A stretch of DNA of 62,325 nt, filler included, from Chiloscyllium plagiosum (lineage: Eukaryota): NCBI RefSeq assembly GCF_004010195.1. It is 3 parts of one record of this genome, joined end to end, with 100 filler letters (N's around TTAATTAATTAA, not from the genome) between each part and the next. Parts side by side here need not be neighbours in the genome. Positions count along the whole stretch, not along the records: positions 1 to 27,777 come from NC_057717.1; 2 more parts are not named here. The stretch is one strand, 5' to 3'. Made by a program: the position numbers and the translations under genes. The notes beneath the pieces were generated by a model. The model was not told the origin of the DNA. It worked only from the letters and a program-made list of their open reading frames with translations, and made no database searches. Positions 1 through 13,140 of this stretch are shown piece by piece. Position 1 is the stretch's first letter; each line of letters opens with the position of its first letter.

Positions 1-53
1 CTGGAAGGATATGGGCCAACTGCAGGGAAATGGGGTTAGCGTTGATTGACATT

Positions 54-805
54 TGCAAGGCGGAGTCAAACCCTTCTGTTAATTAAAACCAAAGTCCCAG
101 AAAAGTTCGCCTCGCCTCATAATCTGTTAAAATATGAGCGATGCAGATCTCCTACATTCCACTATTTAAACAAAAATTAGCAAGTTCGTTTCTTAACTTT
201 AATAGTGAACACTAAACAACAACTATTCACAAATACAAGGCCCTCTTTTCTTAACTACTTACTATCTGACTCCAACTCTGTAAAAAATGATGTTCCAACA
301 ACCCATATATTAAACGCTACAATCTCAAAACCACACAGTGTCCATCTTCCCCGCTGTCTTCACTCTTCCAGCTGATGATCTCCCTGGGCTATTTTTTTTT
401 AATTGCAAGTAGATTTACATGAACATGTGTCTTTGATAGTGATTGTTTGAAATGTCCAGTTAGCACTCCTGCTCTACAGCAGCTACACTGCTGTTGGATA
501 GCAGTGGCTCTCCCTCTAGTGTTCAAAATGCTGGGTTTATATACTCCCCATGATACACTAATTCTCATAACTTGATAGCTTTCCAGGTGTCCAAACAATA
601 ATATTCAAATTCCGTTGGCTTCTTGTATACATTGCTTGTATTTGAATTGCCGACAAAACAGCAACCAAAACTCGGGTATCCATTTCCCAGCTAACTGTTA
701 CATTTGGAACAGCTTGACCTTTAGCTGGAATCTGTGGCTGTAATTTCTATTCAGCAAAATCCGTTCTGTCTTAAAGTGACCAGACATGCTTTCGACTTCA
801 TAACA
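54..805 (-). mobile_element. 3' LTR of a Gypsy (Gmr1-like) retrotransposon
   Basis: On minus it begins TGTT at 805, right after a polypurine tract (GAAGTGGGGAGG, 817-806), and lies downstream of a pol RNase H end. The distal end near 54 is approximate. Confidence 0.65.
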
Positions 806-2800
806 CCTCCCCACTTCAGAAAAAAAAAACATGAAACAGCAGAATGAAAAGATGGCTTCATTTCTTTTCCTCTAATTCTTAATCCAATTATTTCGAAATT
901 CAGAAGTATTCATCTCAGCTATACCATACATATTAATTCTGCACACATTTATAACACTGCAATAAGTCAAATCTTATCTGAAATTTTTCCTTTAAATGCG
1001 CGATTACGCATCTGCTATCACATTTTAGGACCAACAGCATGTACATTTTGTAAGTTTAAAGTCGGTAAGATAAGACTCCAAATGAAATAGTCTTGTATTC
1101 TGGTCTTTAAATATCCCTAAAAATGCAAGAGGTTTGTCGTTGTCCGCAACCATCTCCAACATTCCTTTGTCATATAAACATTAAAATATTGTCAGTCCAT
1201 TGCGAAACTTAATCATTCTTTTTCAATAATGGAGATTTTGTATTTTTTTTCTGGTGGATATTGTTTTTTTTGGGCAAGTAGCGAATTGGCCATTCAATTC
1301 CATCATCATCTTTCTGTATCAATACAGCTCCGACCACTATATCCCGAGCATCAAACACAATCTTCAAAGAGTTTCAAAATATTTGTTATAGCTAAAACCA
1401 GTGCGGTGATTAATCCTGCTTTAAAATTTTCAAAGGCCTCCTGGCATTGTTCTGTCCACCACAATTCTGTGTTCTTCTTTAATAACTCCATCAGTGATGC
1501 CAATACACTGCTGAATTTTGCAACAAACTTCCAATAGAATCCACTCAGTTCCAAAAATCGAAGCACCTCTTACTTCGAGGATGGTCGTGGAAATTCCTCA
1601 AAGCCCTTCGTCTTTGTGTTCCATGGGATAATGTCCTAAGAACGTCACCTCTGCCTTCGTGAATTCTGTTTTCTTTAAGTTTATTACCAAGTTTGCTTCT
1701 TGTAACCGTTCAACATGCTCTGTCATATGTAACATGTGAGCTTTCGATCACTTGCTAAAGATCACTACATCATACAGATAAACTGCACGATTTGTTCATC
1801 TGGCCACAACTCTGTTTTTGAGTCTTAAATGTGTCTGAAGCATTATTCATTCACATGACGTACTCTAACTTTTTTTTGTCATACCCGGTATTTTACCAGA
1901 TAGTTGAACTGACTCAACATCTTTTTTAATTTGAAAGGGGTCACTAAACCTGGCTTTGAAGGGATTTCCTACCACTTGTGGCAATACTAATACGTCATCC
2001 CCACGGGAAATCGTCAAAGTTTCAGAATTTTTGTCTGCCACCTGTTTCATTTCATGCTGTGCCCTCTTCAGGTTCTGTTTAGCTAACTCACCTATTCCAT
2101 TAATTTCTCCCTCACCTCACATACATAATCCAAGTGTGAGATTTCCGATTTCGGTCCTGTCAATTTATATTTAATTAATTTCAAAGGACCTCTCACTTCA
2201 TGTACGAATATTATTTCAAAGGAAGTAAAGCGAGTAGATTTATTTGGGGCATCTCTAATGGCAAACAATATAATGGGACACCTTTATTCCAATCATTCGG
2301 GTAATTCTGACAGTACGTTGTTATTATTGTCTTCAGCATCTGATGCCAACTTTCCAAGACTCCCTGGGATTCGGGATGCGATGCACTTGATTTAAACTGC
2401 TGTATGCCGAAGCTATCCAGATGTCATTAAACAGCCGATTGGTAAAATGGGACCCTTGGTCTGACTGAATCCCACTGCGTAGCCCACAGCGAGTAAAGAA
2501 GGCTACCAACTCCTCCACCTCCCTTTTGCCTTAACACCCCATAATGGAATTATCCCTGGAAATTGGGTCGAAATATCCATTATGGTCAGCAGATATTGCT
2601 TTCCATTTTAATTTTAAAAGGGGAGCTCCACAATTAATCATAACCCATGTGAAACGTTCTTCGAATACAGCAATTGACAACAAAGCTGCTGGTTTTATTA
2701 CTGCCTGTGACCTACCTACCATTTGGCATCTATGACATGTACAACAAAAAATAACTACGGCCTTGTGCATTCCAGCCACGAGAAATGCTTTAGCCTGAGT
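806..2800 (-). mobile_element. Decayed Gypsy pol, Gmr1-like order integrase > RT > RNase H, internally deleted
   Basis: Minus frames give integrase motifs (FCCTCHRCQMVG, IQSDQGSHFT, NPFKARFS) at 2780-1900, then an RT remnant (NRVVA..AVYLYDVVIFS), then connection/RNase H (LRFLELSGFYWKFV, WTEQCQEAFENFKA, NVIADA). Many stops and frameshifts. Confidence 0.85.
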
Positions 2801-3339
2801 CTTCCGTGCATCAACTCCTCTGGCGTTTTCTTTCGGTTTTCCTTCCTGTTGGAACTTATGACAGTGGGATCTTGTTACTACGTTGTCTGGAAAACATACA
2901 ATGTGGTGAAGATAATTCGGAATCCAGAGAATTCATTGGCTCTGAAATTACATAAGGCTGGCATCACTGACACTACAAAGCTCTTAATCATGGTCAGGGA
3001 GAGAAACTGAGGGAAACACATTCACTTTAAACACAGAAGATGGCATTTCTCAAGGAAAATTATTCAGGTGAATTAAATATTTGCATTAAGATCAGTTAAA
3101 TGCTTTTGCGGAATGGGTCAGATTGGAAGGAAGACCCGGGGAGACAGACCCTCAGCAGAATGAGAGTATGAAAATGGAAGTATTTCCACATCAGCAACCA
3201 GGTTAGGTCACTGAGTGCAGGGCTGATGGGTGAATGGGTCTCAGTGAGAATTGGGGAACAGACAGCAGAACTGCATTGCAGATATTGCAGATGGAAACTG
3301 TGTATTCATGTAGTGCTGTAGACCACAGCAGCAGGAGAA

Positions 3340-4065
3340 GCAGACCTGCATTCAGCCACAAACTGTAACTTTTTGCCAGGATAACACTTCAGTCTGCCAT
3401 TACCATCAACACTATCTATGGCTCAGTGACGAGTGTGGGTGAACATGTCAGATTCAGAATCACATGAACTTTAACCTGATGCTAACTCATTAAAGCTACC
3501 AGACATGGCCAACAGATCTGATCGAAGCACTGCAGTCTTGTCACATTCAGTCATAAATGGTGATGGACGATTAAACAAATGACTGGAGGAGAGGGCTCCA
3601 TAAACATTCCCATCCTAAATAATCGAACAGACCGGCACATCAGTGTAAAAGAGAAGGATGTTTTATCTGCCAGAAGTGTTGAGTCGATGATACAACTCAC
3701 CCTCATCATGATGCCCACAAAATCACAGATGCCAGTCTTCAACCAATTTGATTCGCTGTACGTGACATGAAGGAACAGCTGAACTCATTAAGTACGACAC
3801 AGACAATGAGCCCTGACCCCATTCCTGCAATAGAACTGAAGACTCGTGCTGCACAACAAGTTGTGTCCCTGGGGAAGCTGTGTCAGTCCAACTCCAACTC
3901 TAACATCTCCTTGGCAATGTGGATAATTACTCAGCTATGTCCCGTCCCCTAAAACGGGAATAATTACAATCTGAACAATTACCACCTCCTCAGACCCATC
4001 ATGACTGTCAAATTGGTGGGAGTTCTTTTTGACAGAGCTGTCAAGCAGCACAGAAATAATCTGCT
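3340..4065 (+). mobile_element. CR1/L2-group LINE ORF2 fragment
   Basis: MTGGEGSINIPILN and MSPDPIPAIELKTRAA motifs; same family as 6001-8700. Confidence 0.7.
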
Positions 4066-4094
4066 CAGTGTGGTTTTTGACAGGTCCCCATGTG

Positions 4095-4560
4095 GAGATG
4101 GTGCTGTTGTGGAAATGTTACTGGATTACTAATCCAGACCAGGCTAATGATCTGGCAGCGGGTGGAAGTTAAAGACAATTCATAAACTATCGAGATCTAA
4201 AATCTGGTGTCAGTAATGGTGACCTTGAAGCCAATATCGATTGTAAACAGAATTTCCTTCTCCAATGTACTTTTAGGAAGTGAATCTCCCATGATTTCCT
4301 GGGCTGCCGTAAAAGTGACTCCAAAGACCCTGACATGTAATAAACATTTCAATGGTCTCTGAATTTGCCAAGCAAGGGCACTCATTTGTATCAAACTACT
4401 CCGAGGTCTGAAAGGATGAAACCGGACAGAACACCCGGCCTCAGCATCAATGACGGAAAAAGGAATGGGAACACAGTCCTGTCGACCCTGCTGAAACCTC
4501 CTTCCTAACATCTGAGAGCTTGCGACAGCATTTACCGAGCTTTCCCACAGACTGCACAGA
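4095..4560 (+). mobile_element. DeuSINE/SacSINE-like sequence running into the 5' end of the same LINE family
   Basis: ACTGGATTACTAATCCAGAC head and body similar to 59100-59420, followed by CCTGTCGACCCTG..CTAACATCTG resembling the start of the LINE endonuclease region. Confidence 0.45.
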
Positions 4561-4719
4561 AACATCGGGAATGGAAAATACATTGAGCCTCCCCATTCCA
4601 GTTCATGGAAAAAATCTCCTCAATGCACTTACCCCACACGATATGCATATCCGTTAATGTGAATACCCTTGGGAAGCTATAAAATAGGCGGTGCAGTAGT
4701 ACGTTTGGTCCATCGAGTT

Positions 4720-5390
4720 TGCTAACCAATTCAATATAATGATGGTTGGCCCTTCATTTCCATACCATACTCCTGCTCTCCCACCATCCCTTTACTTTCT
4801 CTAAATCCTTATTTATAATCAGTGTCACGGTTTCCAGGTGCGAGCGAATTCCCCAGGTTCACCAGTCAGTGAGAGCAGACATTTATTATCATCTCAATGC
4901 AGAATGACTGCCTGTATCTAATACTGTGGCCCCTTGTTTTAGAAGTCCCAGCCAGGGGAATTATCATCCCTGCTTCCAATCTGTCTCACCCTGTCAGAGT
5001 TTTGTATATTTCTCTGAGCTCTCCACTCATTTTCCTAAACCCCATGGAATACTGGCCCAATCACCCCAAACTCTGCTTCCACAACAAGCCCGTCATCACA
5101 GAGATCAGCCTGGTCATCCTTCACTGCTCTCCATCAATGTCAAGTTTGGCCTTTATTAGGTAAGGAGATCAAAACTGCACACAATACTGCACAATGTTCA
5201 AGATGATATCTCACCAAGGCCCTGTACAGCTGCAGTAAGACACCTTTTCTCCTGGACTCATATCCCCCTGAAATGAAGGACAACACACCATTTATCTTCC
5301 TCACTGCTTTCTGTTTCTGCAATATTACTTTCAGAGACTGGTGTACAAGGAGATGCAGATCCTTTTCAGAGTTGCAGCTCCCCACTTGGT
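4720..5390 (-). mobile_element. CR1 LINE 3' fragment
   Basis: LLQLYRALVRYHLEHCAV, a variant of the CR1 C-terminal LVRPHLEYCVQFW motif. Confidence 0.85.
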
Positions 5391-5716
5391 GTACACTGGG
5401 CAGCGTGCCAATGCCATGCCCAGTATCGACTTCTGGTTACAGAACACCCTGGGCTGCATGGGCCTCAGAGGTTTATGCAGAAGGAAACAACAAAAAGGAG
5501 CATATGTCCCTTTGTAAATCAACATGTTTCAACCAATCCCTTTCAAACGGTAGGCTGCCAATTTATCATTTTCATCAAAGGGCACACCGTCACCTCTATC
5601 CACATTGTTCACCATCTGTCACGTATTTACCCATTCACTCTACTTGTCTTCGTCTTCTCGGTGCTTTTTTACATCCTCCTCACCCACTCACAATCCCACA
5701 TCCGTTAGTGCTGTCA

Positions 5717-5880
5717 CTGGCAGATAAAACATCCTTCTCTTTTACACTGATGTGCAGGTCTGTTCGATTATTTAGGATGGGAATGTTTATGGAGCCCTCT
5801 CCTCCAGTCATTTGTTTAATCGTCCATCACCATTTATGACTGAATGTGACAAGACTGCAGTGCTTCGATCAGATCTGTTG
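5717..5880 (-). repeat. 164-bp inverted near-perfect copy of 3510-3673
   Basis: Read directly: reverse-complement match with one mismatch seen; the ORF track shows the same peptide LADKTSFSFTLMCRSVRLFRMG on opposite strands. Confidence 0.95.
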
Positions 5881-6000
5881 AAATTGTATCTGTTATATAT
5901 TGTATCTGATTCCAGCAACCGAATGATTAAAGGGTATTGTGAACAGCTGGGCCCCAAGCACTGATCCCTGAGACACCTCAGCAACCGTCCTCTGTTAATT

Positions 6001-8700
6001 TCTATTTATTTATTTCGTGAATCTCGGAGCCACTGGCTGGGCCAGCATTTATTGCTTGTCCCTAGTTGCCCTTGAGAAGGTGGTGGTGAGCTGCCTTATT
6101 GAACGCTGCAGTCCACCTGCTGTGGTTGACCTCCAATGCCATTAGAAAGGGAATCCCAGAATTCTGACTCAGTGACTGTGAAGGAGCCGTGATAAATTTC
6201 CAAGTCAGGATGGTGAATGGCTTGGAGGGGAACCTGAAGATGATGGTCGTGAGTTGGGAAGGTGGTATCTGAGGATCTTTGATGAATCATTTCATTGCAG
6301 CATGCAGATAGTAAAACACTGCTGCTGCTGCTGAGCGTTGATGGTGGAGCATTGTGGATGAAGGGACAGTCAAACTGGCTGCTTTGTCCTCGATGGTATA
6401 AAGCTTCTTGAGTGTTGTTGGGGCTGCACTCACCCAGGCAAATTGGGAGTCTCCTATTACACTTCTGACTTATGCATTTTCAATGATGGACAGACGTTTA
6501 GAAGTCAGGATGTGAGTTACTCGCCGCAGTATTCCTAGCTTCGGACCTGCTCTGAAAGTTACTGTATTCATGTGGCGAGACCAGTGAGTTTCTGAGCAAT
6601 GATTACCCACCAGGAATCTGATACTGGGGGATTCAGTGATAGTAACACCATTGAATGCCAAGGGGCAGGTTAGATTGTATTTTATTGGTGATGGTCATGG
6701 TCTGGCATTCGTGTGGGCTGAATATTACTTGCCACTTGTCAGCCTGGATACTGTCCAGATCTTGTCGCATTTGAACATGAATTGCTTCAGTATCTGCGGA
6801 GCCACAAATGTTGCTAAACATTGTACAATCATTGGCGAACATCCCCACTTCTGACCTTAAAATGAAAGGAAGGTCATTGATGAAGCAGCCCTGAAGAAGT
6901 TTTCGGTCACTCTCGAGGGACTCCTACAGATTTGGAGCTGAGTTGACTGAGCTTCATCAACCATGACAACCTTCCTACGTGTCAGGTATGAATCTAACCA
7001 GCAGGGAGTTTGTCTCTGATACCCATTGATTCCAGTGTTGCTAAGGCCCCTTGATACCACACAGGGCCGAATGCAGCCTTGACTTAAAGAGCTGTCACTG
7101 TCACCCTACCTCTGGAATTCAGCTCTTTTGTCAATGTTTGAACCACGGTAATAAGTTCAGGAGCTGAATGGCCCAGGTGGAGCCCAAACTGGGCGTCATT
7201 GACCAGCTTATTGCTGGGCAGGTTGCTGCTTATAAGCACTGAGACCTTCCACCACCTTGCTGATGATCGAGAGTACACTGATGAAGTGGTATTTGGCCGG
7301 ATTGGATTTGTTCTGCTTTTTATATACAGGAGATACTCGGGGTAATTTTCCACATAATGAGGAAAAGCCATTGTTGTAACTGTGTTGAAACAGTTTGGCT
7401 AGGGGAGTGGCAAGTTCTGGAGCACAAGTATTCAGTACTATTGCCAGAATGTTGTCAGATTATGGACCCTATGTAGTATCCAGTATCTCCAATCGTTTCA
7501 GGATATCGCGTGGACTGAATCAAATTGGTTGATGACTGGTAATTGAATCGCTGAGGACCACTGGAGGAGGCTGAAATGGATCAACCACTTACCACTTCTG
7601 ACTGAAGATTGTTGCGAATGCATCAGCCTTATCTTATACACGGAAGTGCTGGGCTCTTCCATCATGGAGGAAGGGGTTATTTGTGGAATCTCTTCCTCCA
7701 GTGAATTGTTTAATTGTCCCCAACGTTTCTCGACTAGATCTGGAAGGACTGCAGAGCTTAGATCTGAACCGTTGCTTATGGGATCACTTAGCTCTGTCTA
7801 TCACTTACTGCTATTTGGCGCACAAGTAGTCCTGTTTGGTGGCTTCACCAGGCTGACACCTCATTGTCAGGTATGCCTGGTGCTGCTCCTGCCGTCCTGC
7901 ACACTCCATTCAACCAATGTTGATCCTCTGGATTGATGGCACTTGTTGCGAGGGGGATATGCCAGGCCATGAGGTTATGCGCGACTACAATTCCACTGCT
8001 ATTAATGACCCACAACACCTTATGGACATCCAGATTTGAGCTGCTCGATCTGTTCGAAGTCTGCCCTATTAAACACCGTGATAGGATCACCCAAAATGGT
8101 GGATGTTATTCTCAATGTGCAGGTATGACTTTGTCTCCACATTGACTATGCGGTGGTCACTATCGATACTATCATGGACAGATACTTCTGCAACTGGCAG
8201 AATAGTAAGGTTGTGGTCAAGTATGTATTTTCCTCTTGTTGGTTCCTTCACCACCTGCCGCCAGTTATATCCTTTACGACCCGGTCAGCTCGATCGGTAA
8301 TGCTTTAGGTGAGATACTGTTGATGGTGAACATTGAAATCCCCCACCCAGAGTAAATCTTGCGTACGTGCTACCCTCAGTGCTTCCTCCAGTGTTGGTCA
8401 GCATGGAGGAGTACTGATTCATCAGTTGAGAGAGTCTGGTACATGGTAATCAGCAGGGGGTTTCCTTTCCCATGTGCAAACTAATGCCATGAGATTTCAT
8501 GGGAAATGGAGTCACTGTTGAGGACTCCAAGAGCAATTCCCTTCCAACTGTATCCCACTGTACCGCCACTTCTGCTGTTTCCGTCCTGCTGATGAGACAG
8601 GAGATATCTGGGGAAGGAAATGGGAAGTCCGGGACATAGTCATACTCACAGAATTATACCTTGCAGAAAATGTCAGGTGATTACTTGACGAGTCTGTTTA
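6001..8700 (-). mobile_element. Near full-length decayed ORF2 of a CR1/L2-group LINE
   Basis: Minus frames: MFANDCTMF (FADD-like), DKWQVIFSPHECQ, DAQFGLHLGHSAPELIT, NLDVHKVLW (endonuclease); 3' tail AATAAATGCTGGCCCAGCC plus an A-rich repeat near 6001-6050. Confidence 0.85.
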
Positions 8701-9299
8701 TTTCTATTCACTGTTTCCTGCCAGCTGTCCCATTCTAGAAACATGTCCATGCATTAGCCCCAATCCACTCAGATTTGATTTTGCAAATTGGGCTTGGAGC
8801 TTTATCAATATTTTTCTAAAAATCAAAATGTTTTACATCCATTGCTTCTCTTTCATTTGTCTCCCAGTTTATTTCTCAAACATAATTCCCATTTCATAAA
8901 TCTATGTTAGTGTTGTCTATGACCATTACATTCAGCCACAATAATTTCTGCTAAACCATTTACTTACTATGTTTATTGTTCCATGTACTCTATCATTTTC
9001 CCACACCAGACTCGGTTTTCCTTGTATTGTTAGAAAGTTTTGTGAAGACAGAACTAAAGTAGTGGATTCATAGTTCTAGAATCCTGTTCCCCAATCTCCA
9101 TTCTCTGGTTTCAAACAGTAAGGAAACTGCACTTGTTTTCTCATATTTCTTACATTGACATAATTTAACAAACTAATGCAGTTCACTCTTATAACCCTTA
9201 TGAATATAACTCTTCAGAAATCCATCAATTCCTGTTTTAAACTGCTCAATAATTGACCTTCCACACCATACACTCACAGGGGCATAGACTCTGTGCCGA

Positions 9300-11330
9300 C
9301 AGAACTAGAGCACGATCTATACTAGTCCCACTTTCCTACACCAGGCCCATAGCTGGAATGTTATGACACTTCCATGTGCTCGTCCAATTACTTTTTAACG
9401 ATTGTGAGGTAATCATTCCCATCTCAGGAAGTAATCCCTGAACCCCACACCTCGAGGTGAAAAACGGTTTAAATCCTCTCTGAACCTCAAACTCTTCACT
9501 TTAAAAGTGTGCTCCTTTGTTCTTGACCCTCTCACTAAAATGAACAGCTGCTGCCTATCCACCCTGTCCGTGTTGCTTATAATCTTATCCTTCTGAATCA
9601 CTGACTCCTCAGCTTTCTCTACTCCAAATTAAACAACCCGAGCTTATCCAGCCTCTCTCCATAGCTGATAAACTCCATCCCAGGGATCATCCTGGTGAAT
9701 CACCTCTGCACCCCCTCCAGTACAATCACATCTTTCCTGGAATGTGGCTCCCAGAGCAACATACAGTATTCCATTTTTGCCGAACCAAAGCCCTGTATTG
9801 CTCTTATAATCTACGTCCAGATTAGGAAATGCGACACCCAAGGTCCAATTCTTAACTAGTCCTTGAACCTGTCCAGGAGAAAGTGAGGAATGCAGATGCT
9901 GAAGATCAGAGGTTAAAATATATGTTGCTGGAAAAGCGCAGCTGGTTCAGGCAGCATCAAAGGATCAACAGAATGGAAGTTTCGAGCATAAGCCTTCTTC
10001 AGGAATCTGCCCGAAACGTCGATTCTCCTGCTGCTTTGATGCTGCCTGACCCGCTGCGCTTTTCCAGCAACACATTTTTAAGCATTAACCTGTCCAGTCA
10101 CATTCAGGGATATGTTGAGAAGCATAATCTAAGCTTCCCAGTGTACTGCCATTCATTGAGTCCTCCCCTGCCTGGTTTCTTCTCCCAAAGTGCATCACCT
10201 CATATTTATCAGGGGGTTACATTCCATCTGCCATTGATGTGCCAGTCTGACCATTTCATCTGCATCTTCCTGTAACTTAAGGTCTTCCTCCTCACTGCAA
10301 ACCACCCAGCCAATCTTTCTGTCAAACATGCACTTACTTATCACACCTCCCCCACTCTCCACCTAGCTCCCTCCACATTCAGATCTTTATTTTGTTATGA
10401 ATATCACAAACAATAAGGGACACGACACTGATCCCTAAGCTACACCAGGGGACACTGGTCTCCAGTCACACAAACAGCCTTCTCCCACCACCCTCTGTCT
10501 CCTGCTACTAAGACAATTTTCGTTGTAACTTGTCAAGTTATCCTTCATATTGTGCGATTTTATTTTATTTTTCAGTTTCCCAGGTGGAAATTTGTCAAAG
10601 GCCTTCCTACAAAACTAAACAGTCAACCTCCTCAAACTAATTCAATCAAATCCATTAAATGTGACTTCCTCCTGCCAAAGTCTTGATGATTATTCCTGAT
10701 CAAACCTTGCGACTCTGATTGGAGTTCAATTTTCTCCTTGCCATTTTCTCCAGTAGTTTCCTTAACAGTGATTTAATACTCGCTCGTCTATAGTTACCTG
10801 GTCTATCTCTCCCACCCTTACTGTGAAATGGAATCGTATTAGCAGTTCTCTAGTTCTCTGGCACCTCCCCTATGGTCAGATTCTAATTTAAATATTCAGT
10901 CAGGGTCTTTCCTCCCTTCCCCCAACAGCCGCCTGTGATACACCTCATTCAGACATGGAGATTGGTCCAAATTTATACAGAACAAAGCCTCAAATCCCTG
11001 CTCATATTTTACATCAGTCTGTTCAAGAGCTTTCCAGTCCATCTTCTTGAATTCTCTCCCTGCGTCCTCCTTCTCCCAAGTAAAATAGATGTGAAGGTCT
11101 CATGCAAGAATCCATCACTGATCTCCAGCTTGACACACAGATTGCCCCCTTGGTTTCTAATGGACACTAACTGTTTGCTGATTATTCTCTTCTACTTGTC
11201 CGTGTAGAATATCGTGGGATTCTTCCACATCTTGCCTACTTGTTCTTCTCCATGTCCTTCTGTTATTCAGTCCCCTTATGTTTCTAAGTTCACTGCAATC
11301 ACCTCTCATGTTTTGAAACTCGAGATCACA
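9300..11330 (-). mobile_element. CR1 LINE, decayed, interrupted by a PLE fragment
   Basis: 3' region DRVDRQQLF..GSRTKEHTFKV; RT remnants (GPLGVA / SVSCP region) at ~10400-10600. Confidence 0.75.
9877..10086. mobile_element. Penelope-like terminal fragment in inverted (foldback) arrangement with 11-bp TSD
   Basis: Arms ~9911-9990 and ~10008-10083 are reverse complements; flanked by the direct repeat AACCTGTCCAG at 9866-9876 and 10087-10097. Confidence 0.8.
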
Positions 11331-12430
11331 GGCTGAGTATCCACATCAGACAATCTTGCCATTTTAGGGATTATTCTGGATAATACCTTTTGCAGTTCCT
11401 CTGTAGTCAATATGTTCTTAGATTGGGACTCCAAACGGTACACAATACTCTAAGTGTAGTCTCATGAACACTCGATGCAACTGGTGCACGACATCCTCTA
11501 TATTCCAATTACATTCACATGAATGTAAACCTAATTTTTACGTTTCCATTTGCATATGTTCTTCCTAATACTTCTCGTTTTAACATTTCTTATGAGCTTA
11601 CTGTGTGCGTTTTAAAAAAGATCTCATGAATATCCAACTATATGTTGTACATTGGTTCTTAATTGCCTATGTCCACAAGAATTATCTTCAACCCATTCCA
11701 AACAAATGTTTGGCACTTCTGGTTTTCCTTTCATCGGCACATTCTCACACTCCTCAGTTATGTTATTACCTTCTAAATATCCAGTAGCATGTTCTTTGTA
11801 ATCGAGTCCAACAGACACCCGACTGCGGATGACAAGATAATTGGTCTGTAGTCACCACTCTCCAAATTCATCCTTTCTTAAACTGGTGGATAACATTTAT
11901 AACCTTTTCTTTATCCAGATTGGCTAAATGCCTTTCGGAAAATAAAGTGAAAATCCGCGATGCAATCAACATGTCTATTGCTGATTCCTCTGAAATTCGT
12001 GTATGAAGTACAACTAGTCTGTCAGATTTATAAATACTCAATCCAGTTTTCTATTCAAAGATGACCTCAACATTGATAAGAATGATCTTAGACTTTACTT
12101 ACACAAGTCCCATGGTCACTTGTATTTCTGGAAGAATTTATGGACATTCTTCCATGAAGATAGACGCAAATAAACTGTTTCTGTTCCCTGCGATTTCTCT
12201 GTTCTCTGCAATAAATTATCCTGAACGCACACCAACTGTTCCACATTTGACCTTGCTTTGATTTTTTTTTTCATACATTGATAGACGCTTTTAAGCTGTC
12301 TTTATGTTTTTCTTTCGTTTGCACCCTTTTTCTCTTTTTGATTTTCTTCTCAGTTTCTTGGTCATCCTTTGCTGGGTCCTACATTTCTCTGAATCCACTG
12401 GCTTACTGCAACACTTGGAATTTTTCTAAG
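11330..12430 (-). mobile_element. Old CR1 LINE fragment
   Basis: Minus-strand VFMRLHLEYCVPFG near 11440-11480 and upstream degenerate ORF2 sequence. Confidence 0.6.
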
Positions 12431-12449
12431 CTGCCTCCTTTCATCAAAT

Positions 12450-13140
12450 AGGAAGATGAAGGTGGGGTTGAAAGTGATAGTTGGAGAGGAGGGTGGACCA
12501 GGTTGATAGGAAGGAAGGTGGACACGTAGAAACATTCTAAAGGGCGGTGCTGACTAGGAAGGTTGGAGTAGGATAAAGTGGGATTAGGGGAAATGGGGAA
12601 ATGGGGAAATCACCTATGATCCCCTGTGGTTGGATTGTTCCAAGGCAGAAGAGGAGGCTTCCTTCCTCCAGGCTTCTGGTGGCTCGGATTTGGCGATGGA
12701 GCAGGCCCAGTACTCTCATGTCCTTGTCAGAGTGGGAAGGGGAGTTAAAGTGCTCAGCCATTAGGCGATGGTGTCGTTCAATATGGCTGTCCCAGTGATG
12801 TTCCCTGAAATGATCCACAAGTTGACCTCCTGCCTCGCCAATGTCGAGAAGACCACATTGGGTTTAATTGATGCAGTAGATGAGGCGTTCTGTCTCTCTT
12901 CGTCACCTATCACTTTCAACCCCATCTTCATTTACCTATCGCAATCCCAGCTACCTCCCCCCTGCAGCACCCTCTTCTCATTTATCTTTCAGCCCCCTTG
13001 GCCCATAAGCTTCATTTCTGATGAAAGGCTAATGCCCAAAGCATCGATTTATCTGCTCTTAGTATGTTGCCTGACTGTGCTTTTCCAGCACCACACTCTT
13101 CGATTCTGATCTCCAGCATCTGTAGTCCCCACTTTCTCCT
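12450..13140 (-). mobile_element. Penelope-like element 3' end (GIY-YIG endonuclease remnant) with inverted terminal segment
   Basis: ORF 12537-12818 reads EHFNSPSHSDKDMRVLGLLHRQIRATRSLEEGSLLFCLGTIQPQG; plus-strand terminal module at ~12900-13140. Confidence 0.85.

Noticed and set aside
389..598. ORF ending VNLLAI, like the expected start of GPCR exon 2
   Set aside because: Lies inside an LTR, has no acceptor and stops immediately.
5273..5839. 188-aa ORF (likewise the 220-aa ORF at 51098-51760)
   Set aside because: Antisense readings of LINE fragments.
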